A DNA stretch of 32,000 bases, taken from assembly GCF_000091665.1 (NCBI RefSeq), contig NC_000909.1, positions 1,514,837-1,546,836 of the forward strand, written 5' to 3'. The position numbers and the translations under genes were made by a program. The DNA is from Methanocaldococcus jannaschii DSM 2661 (GTDB lineage Archaea; AGJL01; Methanococci; Methanococcales; Methanocaldococcaceae). The notes beneath the pieces are model-generated. The model did not search any database. It was not told the origin of the DNA and was given only the letters and a program-made list of their open reading frames with translations. Position 1 is the stretch's first letter. Each line of letters opens with the position of its first letter. Shown here piece by piece: positions 9,765 to 20,430 of the stretch.

Positions 9765-10802
9765 ATGGCGGGTATTGTTGGTTATGGAGCATACATCCCA
9801 AAATATAGGATAAAAGTTGAAGAAATAGCAAGAGTATGGAACAAAGACCCGGAATCAATAAAAAAAGGACTTTTGGTATATGAGAAAGCAGTTCCAAGCT
9901 TGGATGAAGACACTGCAACTATTGCAGTTGAAGCAGCAAGAAATGCATTAAAAAGAGCTGAAATAGACCCAAAAGACATTGGAGCTGTTTATGTTGGGAG
10001 TGAAAGCCACCCTTATGCAGTTAAACCAACTGCTACAATAGTTGCTGAGGCTATAGATGCAACTCCAGACTTAACTGCAGCGGATTTAGAGTTTGCTTGC
10101 AAAGCTGGAACAGCAGGAATTCAGATGTGTATGGGATTGGTTGAGAGCGGCTTAATCAAATACGGATTAGCTATTGGGGCAGATACTGCCCAAGGAGCTC
10201 CAGGAGATGCTTTGGAATACACGGCAGCAGCTGGAGGAGCTGCCTATATAATAGGAAAATCAAACGTTATAGCTGAATTCAACGGCACTTATTCATACAC
10301 AACAGACACCCCAGACTTCTGGAGGAGAGAAGGAAAGCCATATCCAAGACATGGAGGAAGATTTACAGGAGAGCCAGCATACTTTAGACATGTAATTAAT
10401 GCTGCTAAAGGATTGATGGAAAAAATGGGAACAAAGCCAGAAGATTATGATTACTGCGTATTCCACCAACCAAACGGAAAATTCTATATTAGGGTAGCTA
10501 AGATTTTGGGCTTTAAGGAAGAGCAATATAAAATAGGGCTATTAACCCCTTATATTGGAAACACTTACTCAGGAGCTGTTCCTTTAGGGTTATCAAATGT
10601 CTTAGATAATTGTGAAGGTGGAGAGAGAATTTTAGCAGTCTCCTATGGAAGTGGGGCTGGAAGTGATGCCTTCGACATAACAGTAACTGATAGAATAAAT
10701 AAAGTCAAAGACAAAGCTCCAAAAACAGCCTATTACTTAGAGAGGAAAGAATATATCGACTATGCAATATATGCCAAATTTAGAAAGAAAATTAAGATGT
10801 GA
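9765..10802 (+). CDS. Archaeal HMG-CoA synthase
   Basis: The 345-aa protein has a thiolase-like fold with the active-site Cys context LEFACKAGT. An AGGGGGA SD lies upstream. It is the first gene of the HMGCS, thiolase and DUF35 set. Confidence 0.85.
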   Translation: MAGIVGYGAYIPKYRIKVEEIARVWNKDPESIKKGLLVYEKAVPSLDEDTATIAVEAARNALKRAEIDPKDIGAVYVGSESHPYAVKPTATIVAEAIDATPDLTAADLEFACKAGTAGIQMCMGLVESGLIKYGLAIGADTAQGAPGDALEYTAAAGGAAYIIGKSNVIAEFNGTYSYTTDTPDFWRREGKPYPRHGGRFTGEPAYFRHVINAAKGLMEKMGTKPEDYDYCVFHQPNGKFYIRVAKILGFKEEQYKIGLLTPYIGNTYSGAVPLGLSNVLDNCEGGERILAVSYGSGAGSDAFDITVTDRINKVKDKAPKTAYYLERKEYIDYAIYAKFRKKIKM

Positions 10803-11138
10803 GCAAAGTTTTTGGAATTCTGCTATATGGTTCTTATGCAAAGAATGAATACACAAAAAGGAGTGATATTGATATATGCTTAGTAGGGGTTGATAGAAAT
10901 ACATACTTAGAAATCTTAGGAAAATTGGGAAATAAATATGACATAAAAATCTTTGAAGAACTTCCTTTGTATATAAAAATGGAGATTATAAAAAATCATA
11001 AAGTAATTTTTGGAGATGAATTAGAACTTTCAGAGCATTTCTACAAATTTAGAAAGATTTGGAGGGATATGGAAAAGAGGATTAGAGAAAATCAGTTCAA
11101 CAGTGTTAGAGAAAAGGTTATGTTGAGGAGGAGATTTA

Positions 11139-11167
<29 letters not shown>
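10799..11167 (+). CDS. mntA: Minimal nucleotidyltransferase (MNT / MntA-type antitoxin)
   Basis: The GS-x10-DxD motif reads [16 protein letters not shown]. The GTG start at 10799 overlaps the HMGCS stop (ATGTGA). The frame is closed by a TAA at 10793-10795, so no longer N-terminus is possible. Confidence 0.75.
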
Positions 11168-12764
<1,597 letters not shown>

Positions 12765-12777
12765 TTAGAGGATATTT

Positions 12778-12984
12778 ATGGATAAAATTAAAAAGGAAGT
12801 GCTTACTATAGTAATTGGAAGCATTGGATTTGTGGTATTGGATTTTATTATTTGGTATTATCTATTTGATGGATTAACTGTATTTTTGTTGATTTCTGCA
12901 ATAATATTTGCTTGTTTGTTTGTAATAGGGTTTATAATATATGACAAAACTAAACTAAATATCCCTTATCTACCTACCATTTAA
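12778..12984 (+). CDS. Small membrane protein (68 aa, two predicted TM helices)
   Basis: The gene starts 13 nt after the thiolase stop and has a GAGGA SD. Two hydrophobic segments are visible: IVIGSIGFVVLDFIIWYYLF and VFLLISAIIFACLFVIGFIIY. Confidence 0.55.
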   Translation: MDKIKKEVLTIVIGSIGFVVLDFIIWYYLFDGLTVFLLISAIIFACLFVIGFIIYDKTKLNIPYLPTI

Positions 12985-13007
12985 TAAAAATAGGAAGGAT
13001 GAGCTAA

Positions 13008-13193
13008 ATGGATAAGTTCTGCCCATTTATTAAAGATATTTGCAAAAAAGATAAGTGTGTAATGTGGGTTGGGGGAGAGTGTAGGCTAATTATGCTCATT
13101 GACCTCTACATATCATCAAAAATTTATGAGCTTTATGGGTATGAAAATGGAACCTTGGAAGTTGAAGATGTAGATGAGGATGAAGCGAGTTAA
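13008..13193 (+). CDS. Small Cys-rich acidic-tailed protein (61 aa)
   Basis: An AGGAAGGA SD lies upstream. Four Cys residues sit in the first 25 residues ([21 protein letters not shown]), and the C-terminus is acidic ([11 protein letters not shown]). Confidence 0.5.
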
Positions 13194-13204
13194 ATGGTGA
13201 AAAT

Positions 13205-13378
13205 ATGTGTAGTTGCAATCTCTACTTTAATGGAGAGTTGGTTATGGAAGATGTTATGATTGTTGAGAAAAAAGGAGATAAAGTTATAGCCATTGATTTA
13301 TTTGGTGATAAAAAAGAATTTGTTGGAGAGATTAAAAAGATTGATTTGAATGAGAATAAGATATTTATAGAGGGATAA
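13205..13378 (+). CDS. CooT-like small protein (57 aa; nickel-binding CooT / former 'predicted RNA-binding' family)
   Basis: The gene is absent from the ORF track because it is under 60 aa. Its product is MCSCNLYFNGELVMEDVMIVEKKGDKVIAIDLFGDKKEFVGEIKKIDLNENKIFIEG*. GGTGA lies 5 nt upstream. The N-terminal Met-Cys and the overall pattern match my memory of the CooT family. The antisense track ORF 13222..13428 is rejected. Confidence 0.7.
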   Translation: MCSCNLYFNGELVMEDVMIVEKKGDKVIAIDLFGDKKEFVGEIKKIDLNENKIFIEG

Positions 13379-13511
13379 ATTCGGAAATGCCTTCCTATAT
13401 TAATAGTAGCTAAGCTAAGAGGCATCACCGAGCGTAGCGAGGTGATGCATCCATTTTGATCAACCTTTTTAGAAAAGGTTGATGGGAATAAAATATTTAT
13501 TGAGGGATAAA
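13350..13511 (+). repeat. Pair of 30-nt direct repeats (27/30 identical) flanking an insert of about 102 nt
   Basis: 13350-13379 reads ATGAGAATAAGATATTTATAGAGGGATAAA and 13482-13511 reads ATGGGAATAAAATATTTATTGAGGGATAAA. Copy 1 is the CooT-like 3' end. Copy 2 abuts the DUF35 start codon. Confidence 0.85.
13422..13483 (+). other. Two perfect hairpins inside the insert (possible small structured RNA, terminator or MITE remnant)
   Basis: Hairpin 1 pairs GCATCACC (13422-13429) with GGTGATGC (13441-13448) around an 11-nt loop. Hairpin 2 is an 11-bp stem, 13459-13469 with 13473-13483, around a 3-nt loop. The segment is locally GC-rich in an AT-rich genome. Confidence 0.6.
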
Positions 13512-13907
13512 ATGGTTGTCAGAAGTTGGAGACATATTAAAGAAAGATACTGTCTAATTGGAGTTAGATGTAAAAATTGCGGAACTGTTTATTTCCCTTC
13601 AAGAGAGATATGTCCAAAGTGTAGAAGAAAAACAGAGTTTGAAGAGATAAAATTAAGTGGAAAAGGAAAGGTTTATACATACTCAGTTGTCCATGTAGCT
13701 CCAAAGGATTTTGAAAAACAAGCTCCTTATGTGATAGCAATCATTGAGTTAGAGGAAGGAGCGAGAATTACAGGACAAATTGTAGATTGCAAGCCAGAAG
13801 ATGTTTATATAGGCATGCAAGTTGAGGCAGTATTTAGAAGAATTAAAGAAGATGGAGATGATGGAGTTATAACTTATGGTTATAAATTTAAGCCAATTGA
13901 GAATTAA
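13512..13907 (+). CDS. DUF35 Zn-ribbon/OB-fold protein (scaffold subunit of the thiolase/HMGCS complex)
   Basis: The protein has the CxxC...CxxC zinc ribbon (CKNCGTVYFPSREICPKC) followed by an OB-fold region. The start is set at ATG 13512 (MVVRSWRH) with a GAGGGAT RBS. The track's TTG 13479 lies inside hairpin 2. Confidence 0.8.
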   Translation: MVVRSWRHIKERYCLIGVRCKNCGTVYFPSREICPKCRRKTEFEEIKLSGKGKVYTYSVVHVAPKDFEKQAPYVIAIIELEEGARITGQIVDCKPEDVYIGMQVEAVFRRIKEDGDDGVITYGYKFKPIEN

Positions 13908-13928
13908 TTTATTTTATTTTGTGGGATT

Positions 13929-14402
13929 ATGAAATTTCTATTTTCAAAGACAAAGATTGAAATTTTAAAAAAATTGAATGAAAGGAATTATACTATCTCT
14001 GAATTATCAAAAATTTTAGGAAAATCAAAATCAACGATAAGTGAGCATTTAAACGCTTTATATGAAATGGGTTTGGTTGATAAAGAAAACTATAGCAAGT
14101 GGGTTTATTATAAAATAACAAACAAAGGAAAGAAGGTTTTAGAGAACTTAGAAGCATTGATTTTAATGGTCAGCAGTATTTTTGCACTAATTGGTTTGTG
14201 GATCTACTATATATTCAAACAAATAAAATACCAAGCAAGAGAAGTTGTTTTATCAAAAACAGTTGTTGAAAGGGGTATTTATACAACTTACAAAGGTTCA
14301 ACAACTTTTCAGAAAGAGCCGCTATTTTTAATTTTTTTAATTATCTCTACTTTTTTAATAATCTTTATAGTTTATTTAGTTTATAAAATTATTCGGAGAT
14401 AA
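13929..14402 (+). CDS. ArsR-type winged-helix protein with two C-terminal TM helices
   Basis: The N-terminal HTH reads [30 protein letters not shown]. Hydrophobic segments follow: [19 protein letters not shown] and [21 protein letters not shown]. Confidence 0.65.
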
Positions 14403-14484
14403 CCGAACGATTTAGAAATCATTATATAGTATCTTTTTTAGATATATAAATGAATTAGCTTTTTAAATATTCTTAGGTGATATA

Positions 14485-16353
14485 ATGAAAATTAAGGCAG
14501 TTGCAATATTTTTATCATTATTAATGATTATATCATTATTTTCTGGATGCGTTGAAAATGAAAAGCCTATAAAAGAAGGAAGTAATGATTTCAAATTAAT
14601 TCCTGTTAATTCCAAATCAAATTTTGAAGAATTTAAAAATACCGTTGAAAATTCAATAGGAAACTACATCTACGTTGGACATAGTTATGCAAGTAGAGAA
14701 GTGCAGATAACCTCAACTGTTAAATCTTCTAATGTAGAAACCTCAACTGAGCCAGAAAGATTTTCAAAAACCAATGTTCAAGTTAAAGGAGTTGATGAAG
14801 CAGATATATTAAAAACAAATGGGAACATTATTGCCTTCTCTCAAAATAAGATTTATTTAATTAAGCCCCTTCCTCCAAAATATGCTAAAATAATAAAAAA
14901 CATATCTGAATGTGGTTATCTTTACTTAACAAACAATACACTAATAGTTATAAGTTGGAATAAAATAACCTCCTATAATGTCTCAAATCCAGAAATGCCA
15001 AAAATAATTTGGCAAATGGATTTAAATGGAAGTTATGTTGATTCAAGGTTGTATAATGGAACGTTATATTTAGTAGTTAGAAAAAACTCTATAGATTGCC
15101 CAATTGTATGGAACAATTATAAAATTGGCTATGATAAATACTACATTCCAGAACTTCCCCCAATATACAGTATGGACTTTGATACAACATATATTATTAG
15201 CAGAATAAATATAAAAAGTGGAAAAGTTGAAAACTCAATTGCAATTGTTGGAAATTATAAAACAACCCTATACATGTCAAAGAACAACTTATACTTTGCC
15301 TATAATCTAAAAATTAATGAGAAGAAATTAATGCTTAACTTTTTAAATGAAAGTGCAGATAAATACTTCCCAACAGAAGTGGCAGATAAAATAAAGAGAG
15401 TTATTGAAAATGAAGACTTTGGAGACAATGCCAAGTTCGTTGAGATAACTGAAACTATTGAAAGATATTTAAGCTCCCTTCCTTCTGAGAAGAGACACAA
15501 CCTAATGAAAAAGTTGCAGAATGACTTTGAGAACTATTTAGAAGAACACTGGGAAGAGTTTGAATACACTGGAATAGCTAAAATTAACTTAGACAGCTTT
15601 GAAGTTAAAAGTGGAAAGGTTAGTGGTCATCTCTTAAACAACTTTGCTATGGATGAATACAACGGCTATTTAAGAGTGGCAACAACAATAGGGGACTGGA
15701 GATTCAGAGATAAAATGACCAATAACATCTACATCTTAGATAGTGATTTAAATGTTGTTGGTAAGCTAACTGGATTAGAAAAAGGAGAGAGAATTTATGC
15801 AGTAAGATTCATGGGAGATAAAGCCTATATAGTAACTTACAAAGAGACAGACCCGTTATTGGTTATTGATTTAAAAAATCCAAAAAATCCAAAGGTCTTA
15901 GGAGAGTTAAAGATTCCAGGATATTCCACTTACTTACATCCAATAGGTAATAATTTATTTATTGGTATTGGTAAAGATGACGATGGAAAATTAAAAATCT
16001 CACTATTTAATATTTCTGATTTGAATAATCCGAAAGAAGTTGATAAATATAAATTAAATGTTTGGTGGAGTCCAGCGTTTAGGGACTATCACGCATTCTT
16101 ATGGGATGAAAAGTATAAAATCTTCTTTCTACCTGCTTATAATCATGCTTATGTGTTTAAAGTTGAGGACAATAAGATAGAAATGGTTAAGGACGATGAG
16201 CATAAAACAAATGTTTTGAGGGCTTTATTTATAAACAATTATCTATACACGTTCTCACTTTCAGAGATGCACATTTTAGATGAAAATAACTGGCAATTAG
16301 TTAAAAAAATTGAGTTTGAAAACTATCTGCCTTATGGCTATGGGTTTAAATAA
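14485..16353 (+). CDS. Secreted or lipid-anchored beta-propeller domain protein (COG4880-like)
   Basis: An AGGTGAT SD lies upstream. The signal peptide ends in a lipobox-like LFSGC. The 622-aa protein matches my memory of the archaeal secreted beta-propeller family, but that assignment is tentative. Confidence 0.65.
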   Translation: MKIKAVAIFLSLLMIISLFSGCVENEKPIKEGSNDFKLIPVNSKSNFEEFKNTVENSIGNYIYVGHSYASREVQITSTVKSSNVETSTEPERFSKTNVQVKGVDEADILKTNGNIIAFSQNKIYLIKPLPPKYAKIIKNISECGYLYLTNNTLIVISWNKITSYNVSNPEMPKIIWQMDLNGSYVDSRLYNGTLYLVVRKNSIDCPIVWNNYKIGYDKYYIPELPPIYSMDFDTTYIISRINIKSGKVENSIAIVGNYKTTLYMSKNNLYFAYNLKINEKKLMLNFLNESADKYFPTEVADKIKRVIENEDFGDNAKFVEITETIERYLSSLPSEKRHNLMKKLQNDFENYLEEHWEEFEYTGIAKINLDSFEVKSGKVSGHLLNNFAMDEYNGYLRVATTIGDWRFRDKMTNNIYILDSDLNVVGKLTGLEKGERIYAVRFMGDKAYIVTYKETDPLLVIDLKNPKNPKVLGELKIPGYSTYLHPIGNNLFIGIGKDDDGKLKISLFNISDLNNPKEVDKYKLNVWWSPAFRDYHAFLWDEKYKIFFLPAYNHAYVFKVEDNKIEMVKDDEHKTNVLRALFINNYLYTFSLSEMHILDENNWQLVKKIEFENYLPYGYGFK

Positions 16354-16354
16354 A

Positions 16355-16382
16355 TTTAATTTTTTAATTATTTTTTATTTTT
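16355..16382 (+). terminator. Oligo-T terminator region
   Basis: Several T5-T6 runs (TTTAATTTTTTAATTATTTTTTATTTTT) begin directly after the stop codon. Confidence 0.45.
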
Positions 16383-16515
16383 GACAATTTTAACCTATAA
16401 AATTAAATATATAGATACACAAAAGCTTAGGAAACTATAAAAACCATTTACACAATTATTAACCTTAAAAAGTTTTTAGTGATTTGGGAAACACATGATG
16501 TAGATGGTGAATAAA

Positions 16516-17820
16516 ATGAAGTGGAGAAGAACACACTACTCAGCAGATATTAAACCAGAAATGGATGGACAAGAAGTTATTATAATGGGATGGGTTCATT
16601 CAATTAGAGCTTTAGGGAAAATTATATTTGTTATTTTAAGAGATAGAGAAGGGACAGTGCAAATTGTAGCACCAAAACAAAAAGTTGGAGATGAGTTGTT
16701 TAGCCAAATAAAAAAACTTGGAGCAGAGGATGTTATAGCAGTTAAAGGAAAAGTTATAGCAAATGAAAAAGCACCAAATGGTTTTGAAATATTACCATTA
16801 GAGTTGGAGGTTATAAACACCGCTAAAAGACCTCTTCCTTTAGACCCAGCTGAAAAAGTCCCAGCAGAGTTAGATACAAGATTAGAAAATAGATTCTTAG
16901 ATTTAAGAAGACCAAAAGTTCAGGCAATATTTAAAATTAGAAGTGAAATGCTAAAATCTGTAAGAAACACACTCTATAATGAGGGCTTTATTGAGGTAAA
17001 TACACCAAAATTGGTAGCAAGTTGCACTGAGGGAGGAACTGAACTCTTCCCAATCTCATACTTTGAGAGAGAGGCATTTTTAGGGCAGAGTCCTCAGTTG
17101 TATAAGCAGATGTTAATGGCAACTGGGTTGGATAGAGTTTTTGAAATAGCTCCAATATTTAGGGCTGAGGAGCATAATACAAGGAGACATTTAAATGAAG
17201 CTACATCAATAGACATTGAAATGGCATTTGCTGATGATAAGGATGCTATGGATATATTGGAGAAAGTTGTTTATAACGCATTTGTAGATGTTTATGAGAA
17301 TAGAAAGAAGGAGATTGAAACTTTAGGAATAGAGTTTGAGTTGCCACCAGAGAAGTTTGATAGAATCACTTACGATGAAGCTATTGACATTGCAAATGCA
17401 AAAGGTGTTGAAATTAGCTGGGGAGAAGATTTGAGTAGAGAGGCAGAGAAGGCTATTGGAGAGGAGATGGAAGGACTCTACTTTATAACTGACTGGCCTT
17501 CTGAAATTAGGCCGTTCTATACAATGCCAGATGAGAAAAATCCAAATATTTGTAAGGCATTTGATTTAATGTATAAAGATTTAGAGATTTCTTCAGGAGC
17601 TCAAAGGATTCACTTATATGATTTATTAGTTGAGAATATTAAAAAGAAGGGCTTAAACCCTGATGGATTTACATATTACTTAGAGGCATTTAAGTATGGA
17701 ATGCCTCCACATGCAGGATGGGGATTAGGAGCGGATAGATTTACCATGGTATTAACTCAGCAAGAGAACATTAGAGAGTGTGTTTTATTCCCAAGAGATA
17801 GGCAGAGATTAACTCCATAA
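16516..17820 (+). CDS. aspS: Aspartyl-tRNA synthetase (archaeal type)
   Basis: The protein has an N-terminal OB anticodon-binding domain and class II motifs [14 protein letters not shown] and [12 protein letters not shown] 16516 (MKWRRTHY) follows GGTGA. The alternative start ATG 16504 lies inside the ATGGTGA SD. Confidence 0.9.
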   Translation: MKWRRTHYSADIKPEMDGQEVIIMGWVHSIRALGKIIFVILRDREGTVQIVAPKQKVGDELFSQIKKLGAEDVIAVKGKVIANEKAPNGFEILPLELEVINTAKRPLPLDPAEKVPAELDTRLENRFLDLRRPKVQAIFKIRSEMLKSVRNTLYNEGFIEVNTPKLVASCTEGGTELFPISYFEREAFLGQSPQLYKQMLMATGLDRVFEIAPIFRAEEHNTRRHLNEATSIDIEMAFADDKDAMDILEKVVYNAFVDVYENRKKEIETLGIEFELPPEKFDRITYDEAIDIANAKGVEISWGEDLSREAEKAIGEEMEGLYFITDWPSEIRPFYTMPDEKNPNICKAFDLMYKDLEISSGAQRIHLYDLLVENIKKKGLNPDGFTYYLEAFKYGMPPHAGWGLGADRFTMVLTQQENIRECVLFPRDRQRLTP

Positions 17821-17859
17821 TTTTTAAATACTTTTTAATGAGAAATTAATAAGATTATT

Positions 17860-18798
17860 ATGATGGATAAGATAATTCAAACACTTACATTGACATTTAC
17901 TTTTTTGTATTACAGCATTCCAATGCTTATTGTTGGTTTATTTATCTCTCAAATTCTCATAGAGAGTAATATCATCAAAAAAATCTATTTTATTGGAAAG
18001 ATATTTACAAGATTGGCAAATCTTCCAGAGGAGTGTGGGATAGCTATAACAACATCTTTTATTGAACCAAGAATGGCAAACATAATGCTTGTAGATTTTT
18101 ATAAAAAAGGGATTATAAACAAAAAAGAACTCTATATCTCATCTTTAATAGATGCATTTCCGGCAATGCTTAGGCACTGGGATTCTTTATTGCCAATTTT
18201 GCTTGCCACCTTAGGATTCTTTGGAATAATCTATTTTATAATCTTAGTTTTGATTGGATTTATTCAAACACTCATTTTTATGGCTATTGGAAAGATAACA
18301 TTAAAAAATAGGGAGTATAAAGAAGATAACACAGACAAAAAGATAAAACTAAATAAAGATGTTGTTTATACAGCTTTTAAAAACACTATAAAGTATGGAA
18401 TTCCAATAATAAGGGATATAACAATAGCCTCCATTATAACCTCATTTTTGATTGAATTTGGATTTTTTGACTATATAACTGAGATTATAAAAAATAAAGC
18501 TTATTATCTACCACTTTCAGTTGAAGAAATTACTGTGGCAGTTACCCAACCAATAAACTACATAGGAGCTTTTGTCTTAGCTGGAGAGTTTTTAAATAGG
18601 GGAATTTTAGATGAGATTGAAGTTGTAAGAGCTTTACTTCTTGGCTCTATATTATCAAGCATTCCAGCGTTGAGATTTTTAGCTCCATATTATATAGGCA
18701 TATATGGATTTAAAGATGGTTTTAATTTGATGATGATATCTACATTAGTTAGAATTTTGATAACTGCGTTGTTTGTGATAATAACTTTAATATTGTGA
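17860..18798 (+). CDS. Polytopic membrane protein (possibly nucleoside-recognition/Gate-domain family)
   Basis: The 312-aa product has many hydrophobic helices. The family guess comes from memory only. Confidence 0.6.
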   Translation: MMDKIIQTLTLTFTFLYYSIPMLIVGLFISQILIESNIIKKIYFIGKIFTRLANLPEECGIAITTSFIEPRMANIMLVDFYKKGIINKKELYISSLIDAFPAMLRHWDSLLPILLATLGFFGIIYFIILVLIGFIQTLIFMAIGKITLKNREYKEDNTDKKIKLNKDVVYTAFKNTIKYGIPIIRDITIASIITSFLIEFGFFDYITEIIKNKAYYLPLSVEEITVAVTQPINYIGAFVLAGEFLNRGILDEIEVVRALLLGSILSSIPALRFLAPYYIGIYGFKDGFNLMMISTLVRILITALFVIITLIL

Positions 18799-18802
18799 GA
18801 TT

Positions 18803-19552
18803 ATGGGTATAAAATATCAAAAGATTGGAGATGTTGTTATCGTTAAAAAAGAATTAAGTGAGGATGAAATTAGAGAGATTGTAAAAAGAACTAAATGTAA
18901 AGCTATCTTGCTATACACAACCCAAATAACCGGTGAATTTAGAACTCCACATGTAAAAATCCTATATGGGAAAGAAACAGAAACAATCCATAAAGAATAT
19001 GGCTGTTTGTTTAAGTTAGATGTTGCTAAGATTATGTGGAGTCAGGGAAATATTGAGGAAAGGAAAAGAATGGCATTTATAAGCAATGAGAATGAGGTAG
19101 TTGTTGATATGTTTGCTGGTATTGGTTATTTCACAATTCCATTAGCTAAATACTCAAAACCAAAGTTGGTCTATGCAATCGAAAAAAATCCTACAGCTTA
19201 TCATTATCTATGTGAAAACATCAAATTAAATAAACTAAATAATGTCATCCCAATTTTAGCAGATAATAGAGACGTTGAGTTAAAAGATGTCGCAGATAGA
19301 GTTATCATGGGCTATGTACATAAAACACACAAATTTTTAGATAAGACTTTTGAATTTTTAAAAGATAGGGGAGTTATACATTATCATGAAACAGTAGCTG
19401 AAAAGATTATGTATGAAAGACCAATAGAGAGATTAAAATTCTATGCTGAAAAAAATGGCTATAAATTGATAGATTATGAAGTGAGAAAGATTAAAAAATA
19501 CGCTCCAGGCGTTTGGCATGTTGTTGTAGATGCTAAATTTGAAAGGATTTGA
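18803..19552 (+). CDS. taw2: tRNA wyosine-derivative aminocarboxypropyltransferase Taw2 (Trm12 family)
   Basis: The SAM-binding motif is VVVDMFAGIGYFTIPLA. The 249-aa protein matches my memory of the M. jannaschii Taw2 sequence. Confidence 0.8.
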   Translation: MGIKYQKIGDVVIVKKELSEDEIREIVKRTKCKAILLYTTQITGEFRTPHVKILYGKETETIHKEYGCLFKLDVAKIMWSQGNIEERKRMAFISNENEVVVDMFAGIGYFTIPLAKYSKPKLVYAIEKNPTAYHYLCENIKLNKLNNVIPILADNRDVELKDVADRVIMGYVHKTHKFLDKTFEFLKDRGVIHYHETVAEKIMYERPIERLKFYAEKNGYKLIDYEVRKIKKYAPGVWHVVVDAKFERI

Positions 19553-19825
19553 TTAAATTCTATGCATGTATTTAAATATATCTTCATGCTGGACAATGAC
19601 TTGAACACCCAATTCTTCTCCAGCTTTTTCAAGTTCTTTTTTTAGTGTTGCAAAATCTACTTTAGCGTTTGATATATCAACGAGCATAATCATGGCAAAT
19701 AGATTATCCATAATAGTTTGGCTTATATCTAAGATGTTTGCATTATTCTCAGCCAATACTTTTGAGATTCCCGCAACTATTCCTGTTCTATCCTGCCCAA
19801 TAACTGAAACTACAACTCTACTCAT
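19553..19825 (-). CDS. ACT-domain protein (UPF0237 family)
   Basis: The 90-aa protein starts MSRVVVSVIGQDRTGIVAGIS, a typical ACT N-terminus. A GAGGAGAG SD lies upstream. Confidence 0.75.
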   Translation of the reverse strand: MSRVVVSVIGQDRTGIVAGISKVLAENNANILDISQTIMDNLFAMIMLVDISNAKVDFATLKKELEKAGEELGVQVIVQHEDIFKYMHRI

Positions 19826-19911
19826 CTTCTCTCCTCTTTAAATTTGATTAGTGAGTTATGATTTATAACTTTAAACATTACATACATCAATTTAAGGGTT
19901 GTGGTGAAACT

Positions 19912-20424
19912 ATGAGGATATTTATAACGGGAATGCCCGGAGTTGGAAAAACTACATTAGCTTTAAAGATAGCTGAGAAGTTGAAGGAGTTAGGCTATAA
20001 AGTTGGAGGTTTTATAACTAAGGAGATTAGAGATGGAGGAAAAAGAGTGGGATTTAAAATAATAACCTTAGATACCAATGAAGAAACAATATTAGCCTAT
20101 GTTGGAGATGGAAAAATAAAAGTTGGTAAATATGCTGTTTTTATAGAAAATTTAGATAACGTTGGAGTTGAGGCAATAAAAAGGGCTTTGAAAGATGCTG
20201 ATATTATAATTATAGATGAACTTGGAGCTATGGAATTTAAGAGTAGAAAGTTTTCTGAAGTTGTTGATGAGGTTATTAAAAGTGATAAACCGTTATTAGC
20301 CACACTACACAGAAATTGGGTAAATAAATTTAAAGATAAAGGAGAGCTATATACTTTAACTATTGAAAATAGGGAGAAATTGTTTGAAGAAATATTAAAT
20401 AAAATATTGGCAGGATTAAAATAA
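19912..20424 (+). CDS. Nucleoside-triphosphatase THEP1 family
   Basis: Motifs are Walker A GMPGVGKTT and Walker B IIIIDELGAME. The start is set at ATG 19912 (MRIFITG), which follows GGTGA. The track's start at 19858 adds 18 residues that run back into the divergent promoter region. Confidence 0.8.
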   Translation: MRIFITGMPGVGKTTLALKIAEKLKELGYKVGGFITKEIRDGGKRVGFKIITLDTNEETILAYVGDGKIKVGKYAVFIENLDNVGVEAIKRALKDADIIIIDELGAMEFKSRKFSEVVDEVIKSDKPLLATLHRNWVNKFKDKGELYTLTIENREKLFEEILNKILAGLK

Positions 20425-20430
20425 TTATCT

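Noticed and set aside
13222-13428. Minus-strand 68-aa track ORF
   Set aside because: It is antisense to the SD-preceded CooT-like ORF (13205..13378) and runs into the hairpin insert. Its sequence is low-complexity and it has no SD.
13421-13452. Possible C/D-box sRNA, since GGTGATGC resembles the RUGAUGA C box
   Set aside because: The final base mismatches the C box. No CUGA D box lies at an appropriate distance on either strand. The sequence is better explained as the arms of an 8-bp hairpin.
15873-15890. Tandem 9-nt duplication AAAAAATCC x2 (encoding KNPKNP) in the beta-propeller gene
   Set aside because: It is an in-frame, very short, low-complexity slip within a CDS. It is not a repeat array or a regulatory element.
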